Part shown: positions 1 to 12,788 of the stretch, one piece after another
How positions within the stretch are numbered: the first letter of the stretch is position 1
Layout: each line of letters begins with the position of its first letter
Source: Eledone cirrhosa
Taxonomy: Eukaryota
Length of the DNA stretch: 64,000 nucleotides
Direction of reading: 5' to 3'
NCBI GenBank assembly: GCA_964016885.1
Contig: OZ024741.1
Coordinates: 53,506,001 to 53,570,000 of the forward strand
Position numbers and translations under genes: made by a program
Notes under the pieces: model-generated
The model's database searches: none
What the model saw: only the letters and a program-made list of their open reading frames with translations
What the model was told of the DNA's origin: nothing

Positions 1-250
1 TCAAAAATTGGAAGAGCACTCAATCAATGGGATATGTTGTGGCATACAGATATTACATTAGGATGCTGTCATAAACATTGTCAATAATGGCTGATGAATT
101 TAGGCCTACTTCAGACACAACTGTTTCATTCAAAAAGTACCTTACAAATTGTGATTATTCCCAATTGAACTTGGGACTCCTAATAGGATATATATTTATC
201 CTTATCCAGCCCTCTTTGGATTTTAGTCTTCACATTTATTATTATTATTA

Positions 251-425
251 TGGCAGTATCAGTAGAGGGTTGGACGCCAAGCTTTCTAGCATAGTTACGT
301 CCCTTTACAGTCTGAGTTCAAATCCCGCCAAGGTTAACTTTGCCTTTCATACTTATGGGGGTCGATAAAATAAAGTACCAGTAATGTACTGAGTAATTGC
401 TGGCCTTGTGCCTAAAGTAGAAACA

Positions 426-457
<32 letters not shown>
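251..457 (+). mobile_element. tRNA-derived SINE (family A) with (TTA)n tail
   Basis: A-box-like TGGCAGTATCAGTAG, B-box GAGTTCAAATCCC, central GCCTTTCAT..GGGGTCGATAAAATAAAGTACCAG and (ATT)n tail; homologous to copies at 485, 8706, 59074 and 61790. Confidence 0.85.
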
Positions 458-484
<27 letters not shown>

Positions 485-489
<5 letters not shown>

Positions 490-671
490 GTTTCTCCGTT
501 TGGCAGAAGGCCATCAATTATCCCAGTTCATTACTGGTACTTTATTTTATCGACCCCCATAAGGATGAAAGGCAAAGTTAACCTCGGCGGGATTTGAACT
601 CAGACCATAAAGGGGCGTAACGTTATGCTGCAAAGCATAGTGTCAGACCTCCTACCGATACAGCCAAACCG
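485..671 (-). mobile_element. tRNA-derived SINE (family A), tail-to-tail with the copy at 251
   Basis: Reverse complement of family A (GGGATTTGAACTC, CTGGTACTTTATTTTATCGACCCC). Confidence 0.85.
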
Positions 672-673
672 AA

Positions 674-830
674 TTGGCACTGATAGGAACATCCGGTAGA
701 ATGCTTTGTGGTATTGTTTCCAGCTCTCTACCCTCTCAGTTTAAATACCACTTAGGTCAACTTTCATTTCATCCTTTCGAGGTCGATAGTAAAAGGAATA
801 GTTTAGTACTGGGAGTCGCTTTTACCTCTA
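674..830 (+). mobile_element. Degenerate SINE related to family A
   Basis: Retains TTTCATCCTTTCGAGGTCGATA central motif and an eroded tRNA head. Confidence 0.5.
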
Positions 831-1661
831 TATTACCTTCTAAATTTCTTTCTATCGCCTTCTCTATTTCTCTAGGAGAAATCGGCTGTGTTCAGAACTG
901 GAGATGATGGGCTTCACCAGGTTTAAGAGATTCTTCTTCTTCTTCTTCTTCTTCTTCTTCTTCTTCTTCTTCTCTTTTTTCTTCCTGAAATTTGCCACCT
1001 CCTTCTTCTTCTTCTCATCCTCCTCCTCCTCATCCTCATCCTCATCCTCCTCCTATGCCAACACCCTCTTTCTCCCTCTTTTCAGCATAATAATCATTTA
1101 TGTGTGTTACTACCGTTTGTTGCTCCATTTGTTGTCTTTCGGGGGAATGGTATCCGAGATTCGTTTCCGGCATCAGAATATGTTCGACGTATGACGCTAA
1201 TGAACTGTAATGTGCTAACAATCCCAAGGGGCAGAAAAGAAAAACGGTTGTTTTGCTACTGGTAGTAGTAGTAGGAGGAGGAGGAGGAGGAGGAGTTGGA
1301 GGAGGAGGGGGGAGTAATAATACTTGTAGTATCGCTATGTGGTGCTGATATGTTTGGTGGTAGTAGTTACGTTTATTGTTGCTCGTGTTTGTCATGGTAT
1401 TGGTGGTGGTTGTGATAGAGACAACTACCTGCTATTGACAGTTGCCTGTTAGCATTGATATTCACTTTAGCGAGATTGTTATTACGTACATCACTTTCTT
1501 CCATAGATTTTCTGGTACTGTCTTTGATTGTATGTACACACCATACACACGCACACACATATAGCGGCTGCTGGCCATTATCTCTATCTATGAGGGTACT
1601 TTACCCAATTTTCTAAACAGTTTTCATAGCAATCTCCTGTGTTCGAAATGTTCTACATTTC

Positions 1662-1713
<52 letters not shown>

Positions 1714-1823
1714 GTTATACATACATATATAAATATAAATAAGATAAGGGTAATATTGTATATTACTCGCTTACTAGTAAGATAAGTAGCTCAATGTAAA
1801 ATATCAGTAATACTACATATGTT

Positions 1824-1875
<52 letters not shown>

Positions 1876-1876
1876 T

Positions 1877-1919
<43 letters not shown>

Positions 1920-1920
1920 T

Positions 1921-1953
<33 letters not shown>

Positions 1954-2393
1954 CTAAAGGTTTTCCGAAAAGTAGATCAAGGATGAATAGCGTTCGTTTT
2001 AACGTACACAGCCAAAGTGTATGTTTTAAATAAGTTTTCAACACTAACGCAAGCTACCTAGGATTTCAAACTCAGACTAGAATAGGGCATAGACATTTTA
2101 TATCTGGTAGTTTAGTTATCTTCAGGCAAATCCAAGATGGACGAACGTTATTTCGTACATGGGAACGCGTCAGATATGAGGGGGATAATAAATGTGATAA
2201 TATATTTGGTATTTTTTTTATTCAGGTATAAACCGAATGAGCAAAAAGTACAGGAATCAGCCGATGCCGATCATTTTCTGTTCAGTGGGTTTTTACGCCC
2301 GTTATTCTTAGACTATTTTATTTAGTCGAAGATACAAAATCTTTTAATTGGATTTGCAAATTCCGCTCGCTATTTTCTACACATACACAGACA

Positions 2394-2542
<149 letters not shown>

Positions 2543-2952
2543 GGCATATACTCTATCTAATTAGCTAATGTATAGCAACTGGCTGTACTTGCACCTATTT
2601 TCTGCGCTTGAGCATTCTACATATTGTATAAACTATATTTTCTCAGCGCTTTGTAAGTTCGAAGGTTCGAGTTTTGTACGCAATGATTGTGTACATTCTC
2701 TAAACCTGTTTGAGTCAGTTCCATCATTTATACGGTATAATGTTGTCAGAGGTTCTTTAGGTAAATAGCTTGAGCTCGCTCTCAGCTGTATCTGAGAGAT
2801 ACGAGGTTCCGTCCTTCGTAGCGTCCGTTGTCAACTTCTTCCGATTTTAAGGGTCTTTGCACTATTGAATAACCTATTCTATAGCGACAGACTCTACTTG
2901 TGGTTATTTCTTGCAGTTATAATTATATGTATATATATAAGTGTGTATGTCC

Positions 2953-2986
<34 letters not shown>

Positions 2987-2992
2987 GCATAT

Positions 2993-3028
<36 letters not shown>

Positions 3029-3029
<1 letters not shown>

Positions 3030-4065
3030 TGTTATACTTTGGGAGGGTCATGTTGCCAATAAGAAACACACGCACCAGATGCTTTCACTTCAATTTATTA
3101 TATATTTATAAATTTATAAATTTATAAATTTCTGGTTGGTTGGTTCCACAACCAGATAGTTGTTTCGTCACACACTATGTGACCTCTTCAGTGACTGGGG
3201 ATTCCTTTCTTTGTTTCTGTGCCTCTCCTTTGTTCCGTCCTACGCCATTTTGTTTCTGTGTGTGTGTTGTGTGCTCAGTCTGCGCATGCGCCACATCCGG
3301 GTGTCTGTGTGTGTTTATGTTCATTTATTTATTTGTTTATTTACATGTTACTGGTTGGTTGTTTGTTCTATGTGTGTGTGTGTTTTCATTTTGTCCTTAA
3401 TTGTAAGTTGTGATGTTGCTGTTCCACTCATATTTTCTATTTAATTTTGGTTGTAATTCTTTTATGTTTATTGCCTCTGTAATTTGTCTAAACATTGCGT
3501 CTTTTCTGTGTGTAGATTCTATTTTTATTTCTATGTTCTCTAATTTACCCTTGTGTTCTATTTTAGCATGTTGGTAGAGTACAGATGATTCTTTATTATC
3601 TTGAAGGTCTCGCCAGTGTTCATTTATCCGTTCCCCTACACTACGAGCTGTCTCACCTATGAACACTATATTTTTGTCTCTACATTGTCCTTCAGTACAT
3701 CTTATGCTATACACTACATTTCTGCATGCGCAGACTGAGCACACAACACACACACAGAAACAAAATGGCGTAGGACAGAATAAAGGAGAGGCACAGAAAC
3801 AAAGAAAGGAATCCCCAGTCACTGAAGAGGTCACAGAGTGTGTGACGAAAGAACTATGACTATATATAAACAACTATCTGGTTGTGGAACCAACCAACCA
3901 ACCAGAAATTTATAAATTTATAAATTTATAAATATATAATAAATTGAAGTGAAAGCAACTGGTGCGTGTGTTTCCTATTGGCAACATGACCCTCCCAAAG
4001 CATAACAATATCGGTTTCAACACACGATTTCAGATAAAGAATCTTGCTAAACAAATTCAGAAACG

Positions 4066-4068
<3 letters not shown>
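3029..4068 (-). mobile_element. 5'-truncated Penelope-like element: GIY-YIG remnant between inverted pseudo-LTRs
   Basis: Minus-strand peptide CRNVVYSIRC..FIGETARSVGERINEH..RQITEAINIKELQPKLN (about 3420-3725); 3029-3290 is the inverted copy of about 3723-4009; (TA)n on both sides. Confidence 0.85.
3817..3861 (+). ncRNA. Minimal type I hammerhead ribozyme motif
   Basis: agtca-CTGAAGA-g-gtcaca(gagtg)tgtgac-GAAA-gaac-TA-tgact; stem I agtca/tgact. Confidence 0.65.
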
Positions 4069-4133
<65 letters not shown>

Positions 4134-4149
4134 CATTCTTTCTAACACC

Positions 4150-4458
4150 GGATTCACTAGCGAAAGGTCTGTTGCTGACTCGCTCATATATTCACACAGC
4201 TGATGCTGAAAGAATAACTATGTTGCTTGTGTTTATTTCCATCTTCGGTTAGCTTCCCCCTGTGTTGTTTACTTGTCTCACTCGCTTTACGTGTTTCTAT
4301 TGTCCTAATAACTTATTTTAGTTATTATCGCTCCAACGTGAGGTATATGATTTTTAATGCCATGAAATACCCATGATCGTTTGGTAAATCACTGATGGGG
4401 GACTCATTTTATAACATGTTATCCATGTGCAACCAGCAGTATTCTTCTCACCCATATT

Positions 4459-4460
<2 letters not shown>
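4150..4460 (+). repeat. Diverged fragment of the 496-bp repeat family at 42.2-43.4 kb
   Basis: Shares gctcatatattcac, tgtctcactcgctttacg, gtcctaataacttatttt and aaatcactgatg. Confidence 0.75.
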
Positions 4461-4504
<44 letters not shown>

Positions 4505-4507
<3 letters not shown>

Positions 4508-4700
4508 ACCTGTTAGTTTTATCGTTGCTCTGGTCTTGTGTGTTAGGTTTTCCCTACCACAATGTTCAATTTGTCAAGCTATTTAAACGTATGTTGTTAC
4601 ACTAAGGACCTACCCTTATTGAGTGCTTTGCTAACTCATTCATATTGTAGGTCGACTTAGCTTGCCCACAGCCAAAGCTTCGATTATACTAAGCTTCCAC
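4505..4700. repeat. Dispersed repeat homologous to 28530-28730, ending at (TA)n
   Basis: Shared tttgtcaagct..taaacgtatgtt..ttgtaggtcga..caaagcttcgatt..actaag.ttccac. Confidence 0.75.
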
Positions 4701-4938
4701 ATATATATATATATATATATGGGATAACAAGTTATCGTTATAGGTAATCCAGTTAGAGGTTGTGAGTACTCTGCGTCGTGGATAGTTTTAACATACGGGT
4801 TTGTTTGACTCAACAATATGCTTCCATAGTTATGCAGCTAGTTCGCGGTAATTTCTGTGCAGGTTATACCTGCAGTAATAATAGTTAAAGAATGAAGAGT
4901 AACATGGTTGGCTGTACAATTAGGGGCTTTATTTAAAC

Positions 4939-5281
4939 TACTGACAATTGTTTCGTTGATTAGGTGAGTCTAGAGTTCGCTAATCGCTTGAATTTGCGTC
5001 ATTCGATCTCTAATACATTATTTACCTCTGGTCAACACATCAGAGTACGGAGATATGAAAGTAATTCACTTGAGGCAAGACTTATATAGAAAAATAGCGT
5101 ATAACGAAAACAATTATACGCTATTTTTCTATATAAGTCTTCCCTCGAGTGAATTACTTTCATATCTCCGTACTCTGATGTGTTGACCAGAGGTAAATAA
5201 TGTATTGGAGATCGAATGACGCAAATTCAAGCGATTAGCGAACTCTAGACTCACCTGATAAACGAACACAATTGTCAGTAC
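4939..5281. repeat. Fold-back palindrome (about 165-bp arms, about 8-nt spacer) containing a hammerhead-like motif
   Basis: 4939-5104 is nearly the reverse complement of 5113-5281. Confidence 0.9.
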
Positions 5282-5699
5282 TTTAACCAGTTCGGTTACA
5301 AAGTTCTTATTATATTTGCCTTCAAAAAGGGGGGGGGGGATCAGATTGTTTTTTCATATATGAGTGAAGTTTGGTTGGTTGATGTAGTCACGTGAATAAG
5401 CACATCAGCTTTCGCGCCAGTTTGTGTTTGAATTTCTTTTTACCACACAAAACCTATTCCAAAACCATCGACTCCAAACGACACAGAACCTGTGCCAAAA
5501 CCGTAGATCCCAACCCACATAAAGGAACAACATTTACAAACCGGACCTCAATACTTCGCGAACGTCTATACAAGACCACACAACAACAGGGTGAATGCCA
5601 TTAGATATAATAATACCCATTTAAAACAATTCGGAAAAATCATATTTTAGACCAAGGCTACAGGACCCACGACACCCGGTGGCACAAACCGATTTTGAA

Positions 5700-7908
5700 A
5701 AACCGAAAATAATCAACCTTTAAAATACAAACCTCTCAGCCCAACAAATTAAAATTCTCTCCAAAGGACTGAAATTCACACCAACACCACAATATTCTAA
5801 CCTCAATGAGATAAATGACGATATCTCACACTTCTGTAGAATATTACGTCTCACAGAGGAATCTTTTGACAAGGAGAATAACGACCAATCAATTGAACGG
5901 AATAAAAGCAGCTACAACCCAACAAAGGGTAGGAACAGAGTTCTGGACAAATTTTGTGACCACATAGCAACTTTCCCATACCATGAACTACCGCAACCTA
6001 AACCCAAACCCAGCACGAGTCGAAGGAAATGGGAGATTATCCATGAACTTAAAACAATACTGACATTATAATTAAGGAAGCGGACAAGGGAAGTACTGTC
6101 GTCATTATGAACTTATATAAATTCTATGTTCTCTCTCTTATAAGATACTAACTACTATGAAAGAGTAAAAAACTACCAGCAGTCAAAAACGATGACCAGA
6201 TTAAACACATTAATTTGTCGAAACCAGGAAGACTTAACTAAAATGGAACGCGATTAGTTAACACATTTTGAATACAAAACCAGCAACCTTTACGGACTTC
6301 CGAAGATCCACAAGTGTAAAATAATTAACGATGCCTGTAAACAATCCACCTCAACCTGCATGTACACACAATACCAGAAGACAAATTGTAGCGGGCCCAC
6401 AATTTGAAACACACAGACTAAGCAACTTTATAGACATACTACGAAAACCAATTTTCAAACACATACCAAGCCTTGTAAGAGACGATCTGGACCTCTTAAA
6501 CCACTTTCTCAAACATGTCAACAACGACACTATTATTGTGTATTTCGATCCCACACCAATAGGGACTAGAAGCAATAGGATTCTGGCTAGAGAAATATCC
6601 CAATGGGATACCTGACAGAATAGAAAAAAGCTTCATCAACGAGGGATTAAAATTTATTTTACAGAACAACTTTTTTTATTTCGATAGCAGTACTTACAAG
6701 CAAATATCAGGGATTACAATGGGTACAAAAGTCGCTCCAACTTATGCCAACTTAGTCATGGCATACTTGGAAGTCCAGATATATGAACAGTCCAAATCAA
6801 AATACGGATTGAACTTCCACAAATATTTATCAGAGATTTGGAAACTCTACTTGGATGATTGTCTCATTCTTTGCTCTCACACACTCGACGAACTAAATGA
6901 TTTCAAAAATTTAATTAACGGCACCAATAACCACATCCAATTTACAATGCAATACAGCCAAGATCAACTCCCATTTCTGGACATCTTAATCATAAAAAAA
7001 GACACAAATATTGAAACTGACATACACTACAAACCAACAGATTCCAAACAATACCTGCTATTCACCTCCAACCATCCAAAGCACAACCTTTTAACATCCC
7101 TTTTAACCTAGCAAGAAGAATTTTCACAATTGTCTCCAATTATGAAACGGGAAATAAAAGACTTCAAGAATTAAAGGAAATTATGCTCGAAAGACAGTAC
7201 CCACCATTACTAATAAATAATGGAATAGAAAGGGCTAAAGCAATAGGCATTACGAATTAATAGGTATTACGAAAACAGAAAAAAATTCAAGGTACGTCCA
7301 ATATTCTATCATATGTTTCAACACACAACTCAAGAAATGCGGAAGATTACAACATTATTCACATGAACACCCACTAGTGAAACAAGACCCAAGAATGAAA
7401 AAAGCTCTTGAAACACACAAAATAATAAAAAGCAAAAGACAACCGAAATCACTAAAAACATTACTCACCAATGCCAAATTACCTACCACAAACCCACAAC
7501 CAACTGTTAAATATGTGGCCGCTCTATTTGTGGAACCTGCACTCACCTCATTGAAGGAAACACGTATATATTTTACTCAGGACAAAATTTTGCTGTAAAA
7601 AATTACTTCACTTGCTCATCAAAAAATGTACTTGATGCCATTAAATGTAAAGGATGCAATGAAGATTATATAGGACAAACTAAACTCACACTCAGAAAAA
7701 AATGACAATTCATCGCCAACAATTACGAGACCCTACCACAAGACAGATACCACTCAGTGCACATCTAGACATATGCGCAAGTAATAAGACCCCCAAATTC
7801 CAAGTCTTCCCATTTTATCTTTGCCCTGACAATACAACAGAACAAATTCGAATAAATAAGGAAAATACGTTTATTCAAAAATATAGACCAGCATTAAATA
7901 TAGTTTAA
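5700..7908 (+). pseudogene. PLE reverse transcriptase + GIY-YIG endonuclease, with multiple stops and frameshifts
   Basis: ORF pieces 6719-7111, 7377-7598 and 7702-7908 plus motifs in adjacent frames. Confidence 0.88.
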
Positions 7909-8587
7909 TATACATTATGTGAACACCATAACATGCTAACCATTCAAACAGACACATACATACACACACACAAAACACCTATTTTAGAAAATAAAAACCA
8001 GAGCTAAATAAACCTTAACATACGTTAATACTCTAACACCTTAACATGCTAACCACACCCCCCACACACAAACACGTAACTGCCTCCCTCATTTCTGCTA
8101 ATGGATTCATTTTCCAACACACACCCACAAACGAATATATATATATATTCTCTCCATCTTAACATGCTAACTATGCTGCCACACACACATACACACACAT
8201 AACACCTCCCACACACACAACACCCTCCCCCATATCTACTAATAGAATCATCTTCCTACACACACACACCAGCACACAAATAAACATACATATCTCTACT
8301 TTCCTTATTTCAATAGAAACTTTGAATTTTGACACCCCAGCACACCAGCCATATTCACTGAACCAGAACAATTCTCCCCATCCCGTTTTTCTTGACCAGT
8401 ATCTTTTGTCTGGCACAACATTCTCTAAATGGTTAGAAAAGAAATTCCCAAATACGGGCGCGAAATTTAATGTACTTGTTCACGTGACAGTAAAAATTTC
8501 ATTTATAACCAATCAAATTACATTTCAGCACTGAAACGGAACAACTCTCTCCATCCCTTTTTCTTGACCATTATCTTTTGTTTGGCA

Positions 8588-8696
8588 CATATTACGCTGA
8601 AAACACCGGTTCTCGTCCGATTACCGAAGTTAAGCAACGTCGAGCCTAGTTAGTACTTAGATGGGTGACCGCTTGGGAACACTAGGTGCCGTAAGC
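8588..8696 (+). pseudogene. 5S rRNA retrocopy, missing about the first 9 nt
   Basis: CATATTACGCTGAAAACACCGGTTCTCGTCCGATTACCGAAGTTAAGCAACGTCGAGCCTAGTTAGTACTTAGATGGGTGACCGCTTGGGAACACTAGGTGCCGTAAGC matches metazoan 5S rRNA. Confidence 0.93.
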
Positions 8697-8705
8697 GTAA
8701 AAAAA

Positions 8706-8895
8706 TGGCGGTAGTTTGGCAGTATCGGTAGAGGTTCGGACGCCATGCTCTCCACCATAGTTACGTCCCTTTACGATCTGAGTTCAAATCCCGCCGAGGT
8801 TGACTTTGCCTTTCATCTTTACGGGGTCGATAAAATAAAGTACCAGTAATGCACTGGGTAATTGCTGGCCTTCTGCCTAAAGTAGAAACAATTAT
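8706..8895 (+). mobile_element. tRNA-derived SINE (family A) fused behind the 5S copy
   Basis: Full SINE body; the 5S+SINE unit is flanked by the 20-bp direct repeat ATTATCTTTTGTTTGGCACA (8570-8589 and 8891-8910). Confidence 0.9.
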
Positions 8896-9373
8896 CTTTT
8901 GTTTGGCACAAAGTTCTCTAAATGGCTATAAAAAAAATTCAAAAATACGGGCGTGAAATTTAAAATATTTGTTCACGTGACAGTCATAATTTCATTTATA
9001 ACCAATCAAATAACATTTATTAAAAAAAAACAACTTCGTGAGCCCACTTCTTTTTTAAGTAAAAAGAAATTCAAACACAAACTGGCGCGAAAGCTGATGT
9101 GCTTATTCATGTGACTGCATCAACCAACCAAACTTCACTCATATATGAAAAAACAATCTGAGCCCAGCTTTTTTTTGAAGGCAAATATAAGAGCTTGGTA
9201 ACGCGAACTGGCACGAAATTTATTATACTTATTCACTTGACAGTCATCAACCAACCAAATTACTTCTCTAAAAACCTAGCATTTAGAGCCACTTTTTTTC
9301 CATATAAAACAAAAGTAACGTTCGAATACCAACCAGATGTGAAAAAACCCACCAACCGTCCATCTCAATTCTA

Positions 9374-9409
9374 CTTTTGAAAAGCACAAGAACTGTGAAA
9401 CCGGTAAAG
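9374..9409 (+). ncRNA. Hammerhead-like motif with U3-A8 core (degraded stem II)
   Basis: ctt-TTGAAAA-gcac(aagaa)ctgt-GAAA-ccgg-TA-aag. Confidence 0.55.
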
Positions 9410-9540
9410 GAACCAAATAAATATATATTTTTATAAAAAAAAGACTCCAGTTGCATTTTCAATTTGATCTTTTTCCCGTATACTTTCACTCGTGTAGGAC
9501 ACCTCGTTTTTTTTTTTCATTTTGTAAAAATAGCTCACTT

Positions 9541-9579
<39 letters not shown>

Positions 9580-9586
<7 letters not shown>

Positions 9587-10865
9587 AAGTGAGTCCTTCA
9601 TCAGTGACCCTCCAACCGTCCTCGGCATTTCATCGCTTTAAGGGCCATATACCTCAGGTTAGTGCGAACAACGGCTAAAAAAAGTCGTTGGGACACGTAA
9701 ATAAAGGGGGACGCTAGAGTAACAACAAAAGGGTTTAAGCAACGGAAAGTGAGTAGAAATAGTCAAGTCCAAGATCTCTATGAATATAAACTCTGTGAAA
9801 TCGTGAACAAGAGACGAAAGACCATCGAACCTGGTAGAAATGTGAGCAAGGAAAGAATTTCGCCCAAGTTTGACGGGGGGAAGACTTGTCTATTTCTACT
9901 CACTTTCCGTTGCTTAAACCCTTTTTGTTGTTACTCTAGCGTCCCCCTTTATTTACGTGTCCCAACGACTTTTTTTAGCCGTTGTTCGCACCAACCTGAG
10001 GCATATGGCCCTTAAAGCGATGAAATGCCGAGGACGGTTGGAGGGTCACTGATGAAGGACTCACTTTTTCATATGTATCCCATTTGCAACGCCGCAGCTC
10101 CATTATTATCATCATATTTACACATATTACTTTTCCATGCTGCCTGTCTGTTTCGTTCCTTGTATCTTTACCCCTTCTAGCAGTCTCTCTCTCTCTGTTA
10201 GCCTCCTCCTCAACTTTCACTCACTCATTCTCTGTCACTACCTCTCCTCCTCCTCTTTCCTCCTCCTCCTTCAAGTTTGACCTGTGTGTAATTCTTTTCT
10301 CGCGCAGTCTTGACCGAGCTGGTATGGAATTTTTTTCTCTCTCTCTTTCGTCTGTGACTTCACAAAACTTGCGTTTACCGAATTCGCAGACCAGACCACC
10401 TTATCTTCTTCTTCTTCTTCTTCTTCTTCTTCTTCTTCTTCTTCTTCTTCTTCTTCTTCTTCTTCTTCTTCTTCTTCTTCTTCTTCTTCCTCTTCTCTCC
10501 TTTCTCTGTCTCTCTCTCTCTCTTTTTTCCCCCGTCAAACTTGGGCGAAATTCTTTCCTTGCTCACATTTCTACCAGGTTCGATGGTCTTTCGTCTCTTG
10601 TTCACGATTTCACAGAGTTTATATTCATAGAGATCTTGGACTTGTCTATTTCTACTCACTTTCCGTTGCTTAAACCCTTTTTGTTGTTACTCTAGCGTCC
10701 CCCTTTATTTACGTGTCCCAACGACTTTTTTTAGCCGTTGTTCGCACCAACCTGAGGCATATGGCCCTTAAAGCGATGAAATGCCGAGGACGGTTGGAGG
10801 GTCACTGATGAAGGACTCACTTTTTCATATGTATCCCATTTGAAACGCCGCAGCTCCATTATTAT

Positions 10866-10870
<5 letters not shown>
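9580..10870. mobile_element. Non-coding element in (TA)n: about 300-bp inverted arm, 756-bp unit and about 230-bp partial tandem copy
   Basis: 9580-9882 is the reverse complement of about 10527-10830; 9883-10112 is repeated at 10639-10868; PLE pseudo-LTR-like architecture. Confidence 0.8.
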
Positions 10871-10903
<33 letters not shown>

Positions 10904-10966
10904 TAGCGAGAATCGTATTTCGGCATAGGAATTAACAAAAAACAACTTCCGAGATGTGTGGCAAGA

Positions 10967-11012
<46 letters not shown>

Positions 11013-11014
11013 TT

Positions 11015-11250
11015 ACGATCATAATGTCGAGAGCTCGATTCCTGGGTTGCGTGTTGTGTTCTTGAACAAAACACTTCATTTCACGTTGCTCCAGTATACT
11101 CAGCTGGAGAAGAGTACCAGCAATAGCTGGAGGTTTAACCCTGCGAAGGACTGGCGTCCTGTTCAGGAGGGAGTCTTGTACTATAAGTCTCTTCACGCCA
11201 TGAAACCGGGATAAGCACCGGCCAAATGAGCCATCTGGCTTACGACATAC
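11015..11250 (+). mobile_element. Probable second SINE family, 5'-eroded
   Basis: B-box-like CTCGATTCC, GTTGTGTTCTTGAACAAAACACTT and CCTGCGAAGGACTGGCGTCC blocks typical of SINE central domains. Confidence 0.5.
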
Positions 11251-11257
11251 TTTAGAC

Positions 11258-11288
<31 letters not shown>

Positions 11289-11314
11289 GGCGAGAGAGAG
11301 TGATGTTATATATA

Positions 11315-11405
<91 letters not shown>

Positions 11406-12300
11406 TATACATATCTAAGTAAAATATGTGGATAAGTGTCTGTCAAACCTCCAAGTCTTTATTTTTTTTTTGCATTCTAGTTGTTGTGGTTTGTATTTCT
11501 ATCGTTATTGTTGTTATTATTTCTATCTATTTTAGCATTTTCGCCTGATAGGAATATGCCTATATATGTGTGTGTACACGTGTGCATATATCTCTGTGTG
11601 TGTATATGTTTCTATATAATTGTGTATCTGCACTTAAATTTTCCTTGATTTTACTTTTAGCGTTAATATTGTTGTTGATTTTGTTGCTGTTATCGTTTAT
11701 TTCATTTTAATGAGTACCGCGATGTTTGTGGTTGCTGTTGTAGTTGTACTTATAGTTGTAGTTGTTATTGTTATTATCATAGCTTGTTGGTATTCTTGAC
11801 GCTGTAGCTGTTGCAGCAGTTGAAGATGCTGTTTGTTGCTGTTATGTTCCAGAATTACCATTTTCATTACAGATGCAACTTGCAATTTTATATAAATTTA
11901 TTTACACCATTTGTTAACTATAACTGCCAAAAACAACAACAATAACCATGTAGACAACTACTAGAAAACAACGATACCATTGCCAACACAACTACCACCG
12001 AAACCACCACAACTACTATTACCACCAGCAACAACAAAACCAACCCTGGTACAATTATCCCATCAACTTCAACAACCACAACAACAATAGCATCAACCAC
12101 AACATCATCCACTACAAGAATATCTACTATGGCAACTCCAATATCAACAACAATACTGCCATCACCCTGACAACTACAGCACCAGCACCATCATTGCCAT
12201 CTCCATTACCACAATTAAGACAAATATGCGTTACTCTTGGATAGAATGCTTTGATTACAGTTTTGTAATATATATGTATATATACATGTATATATATATG

Positions 12301-12695
<395 letters not shown>

Positions 12696-12700
<5 letters not shown>

Positions 12701-12788
12701 CAACATGACCCTCCCAAAGTAGAACAATATCGGTTTCAACACACGTTTTCAGATAAAGAATCTTGCTAAACAAATTCAGAAACGAAAT
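12696..12788 (+). repeat. Solo terminal fragment of the PLE end at 3977-4068
   Basis: Near-identical attggcaacatgaccctcccaaag...aaattcagaaacgaaat between (TA)n tracts. Confidence 0.85.

Larger units (their letters stand above)
5295..9545 (+). mobile_element. Neptune-type Penelope-like element, decayed, with a 5' inverted copy of its 3' region
   Basis: Frameshifted RT (LSKGLKFTPTP, IKEADKGS, QISGITMGTKVAPTYANLVM, WKLYLDDC, LPFLD, HYKPTD), Cys-rich linker, GIY-YIG C-terminus (HRQQLRDP..KYRPALN); 5295-5443 is the inverted copy of 9059-9202; ends in (TA)n. Confidence 0.9.

Noticed and set aside
251-340. tRNA gene
   Set aside because: It has A/B-box-like motifs but continues into a SINE body that is repeated five times in the window.
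8588-8696. Functional 5S rRNA gene
   Set aside because: The 5' end is missing, there is no oligo-T terminator, it is fused to a SINE, and it sits inside a TSD.
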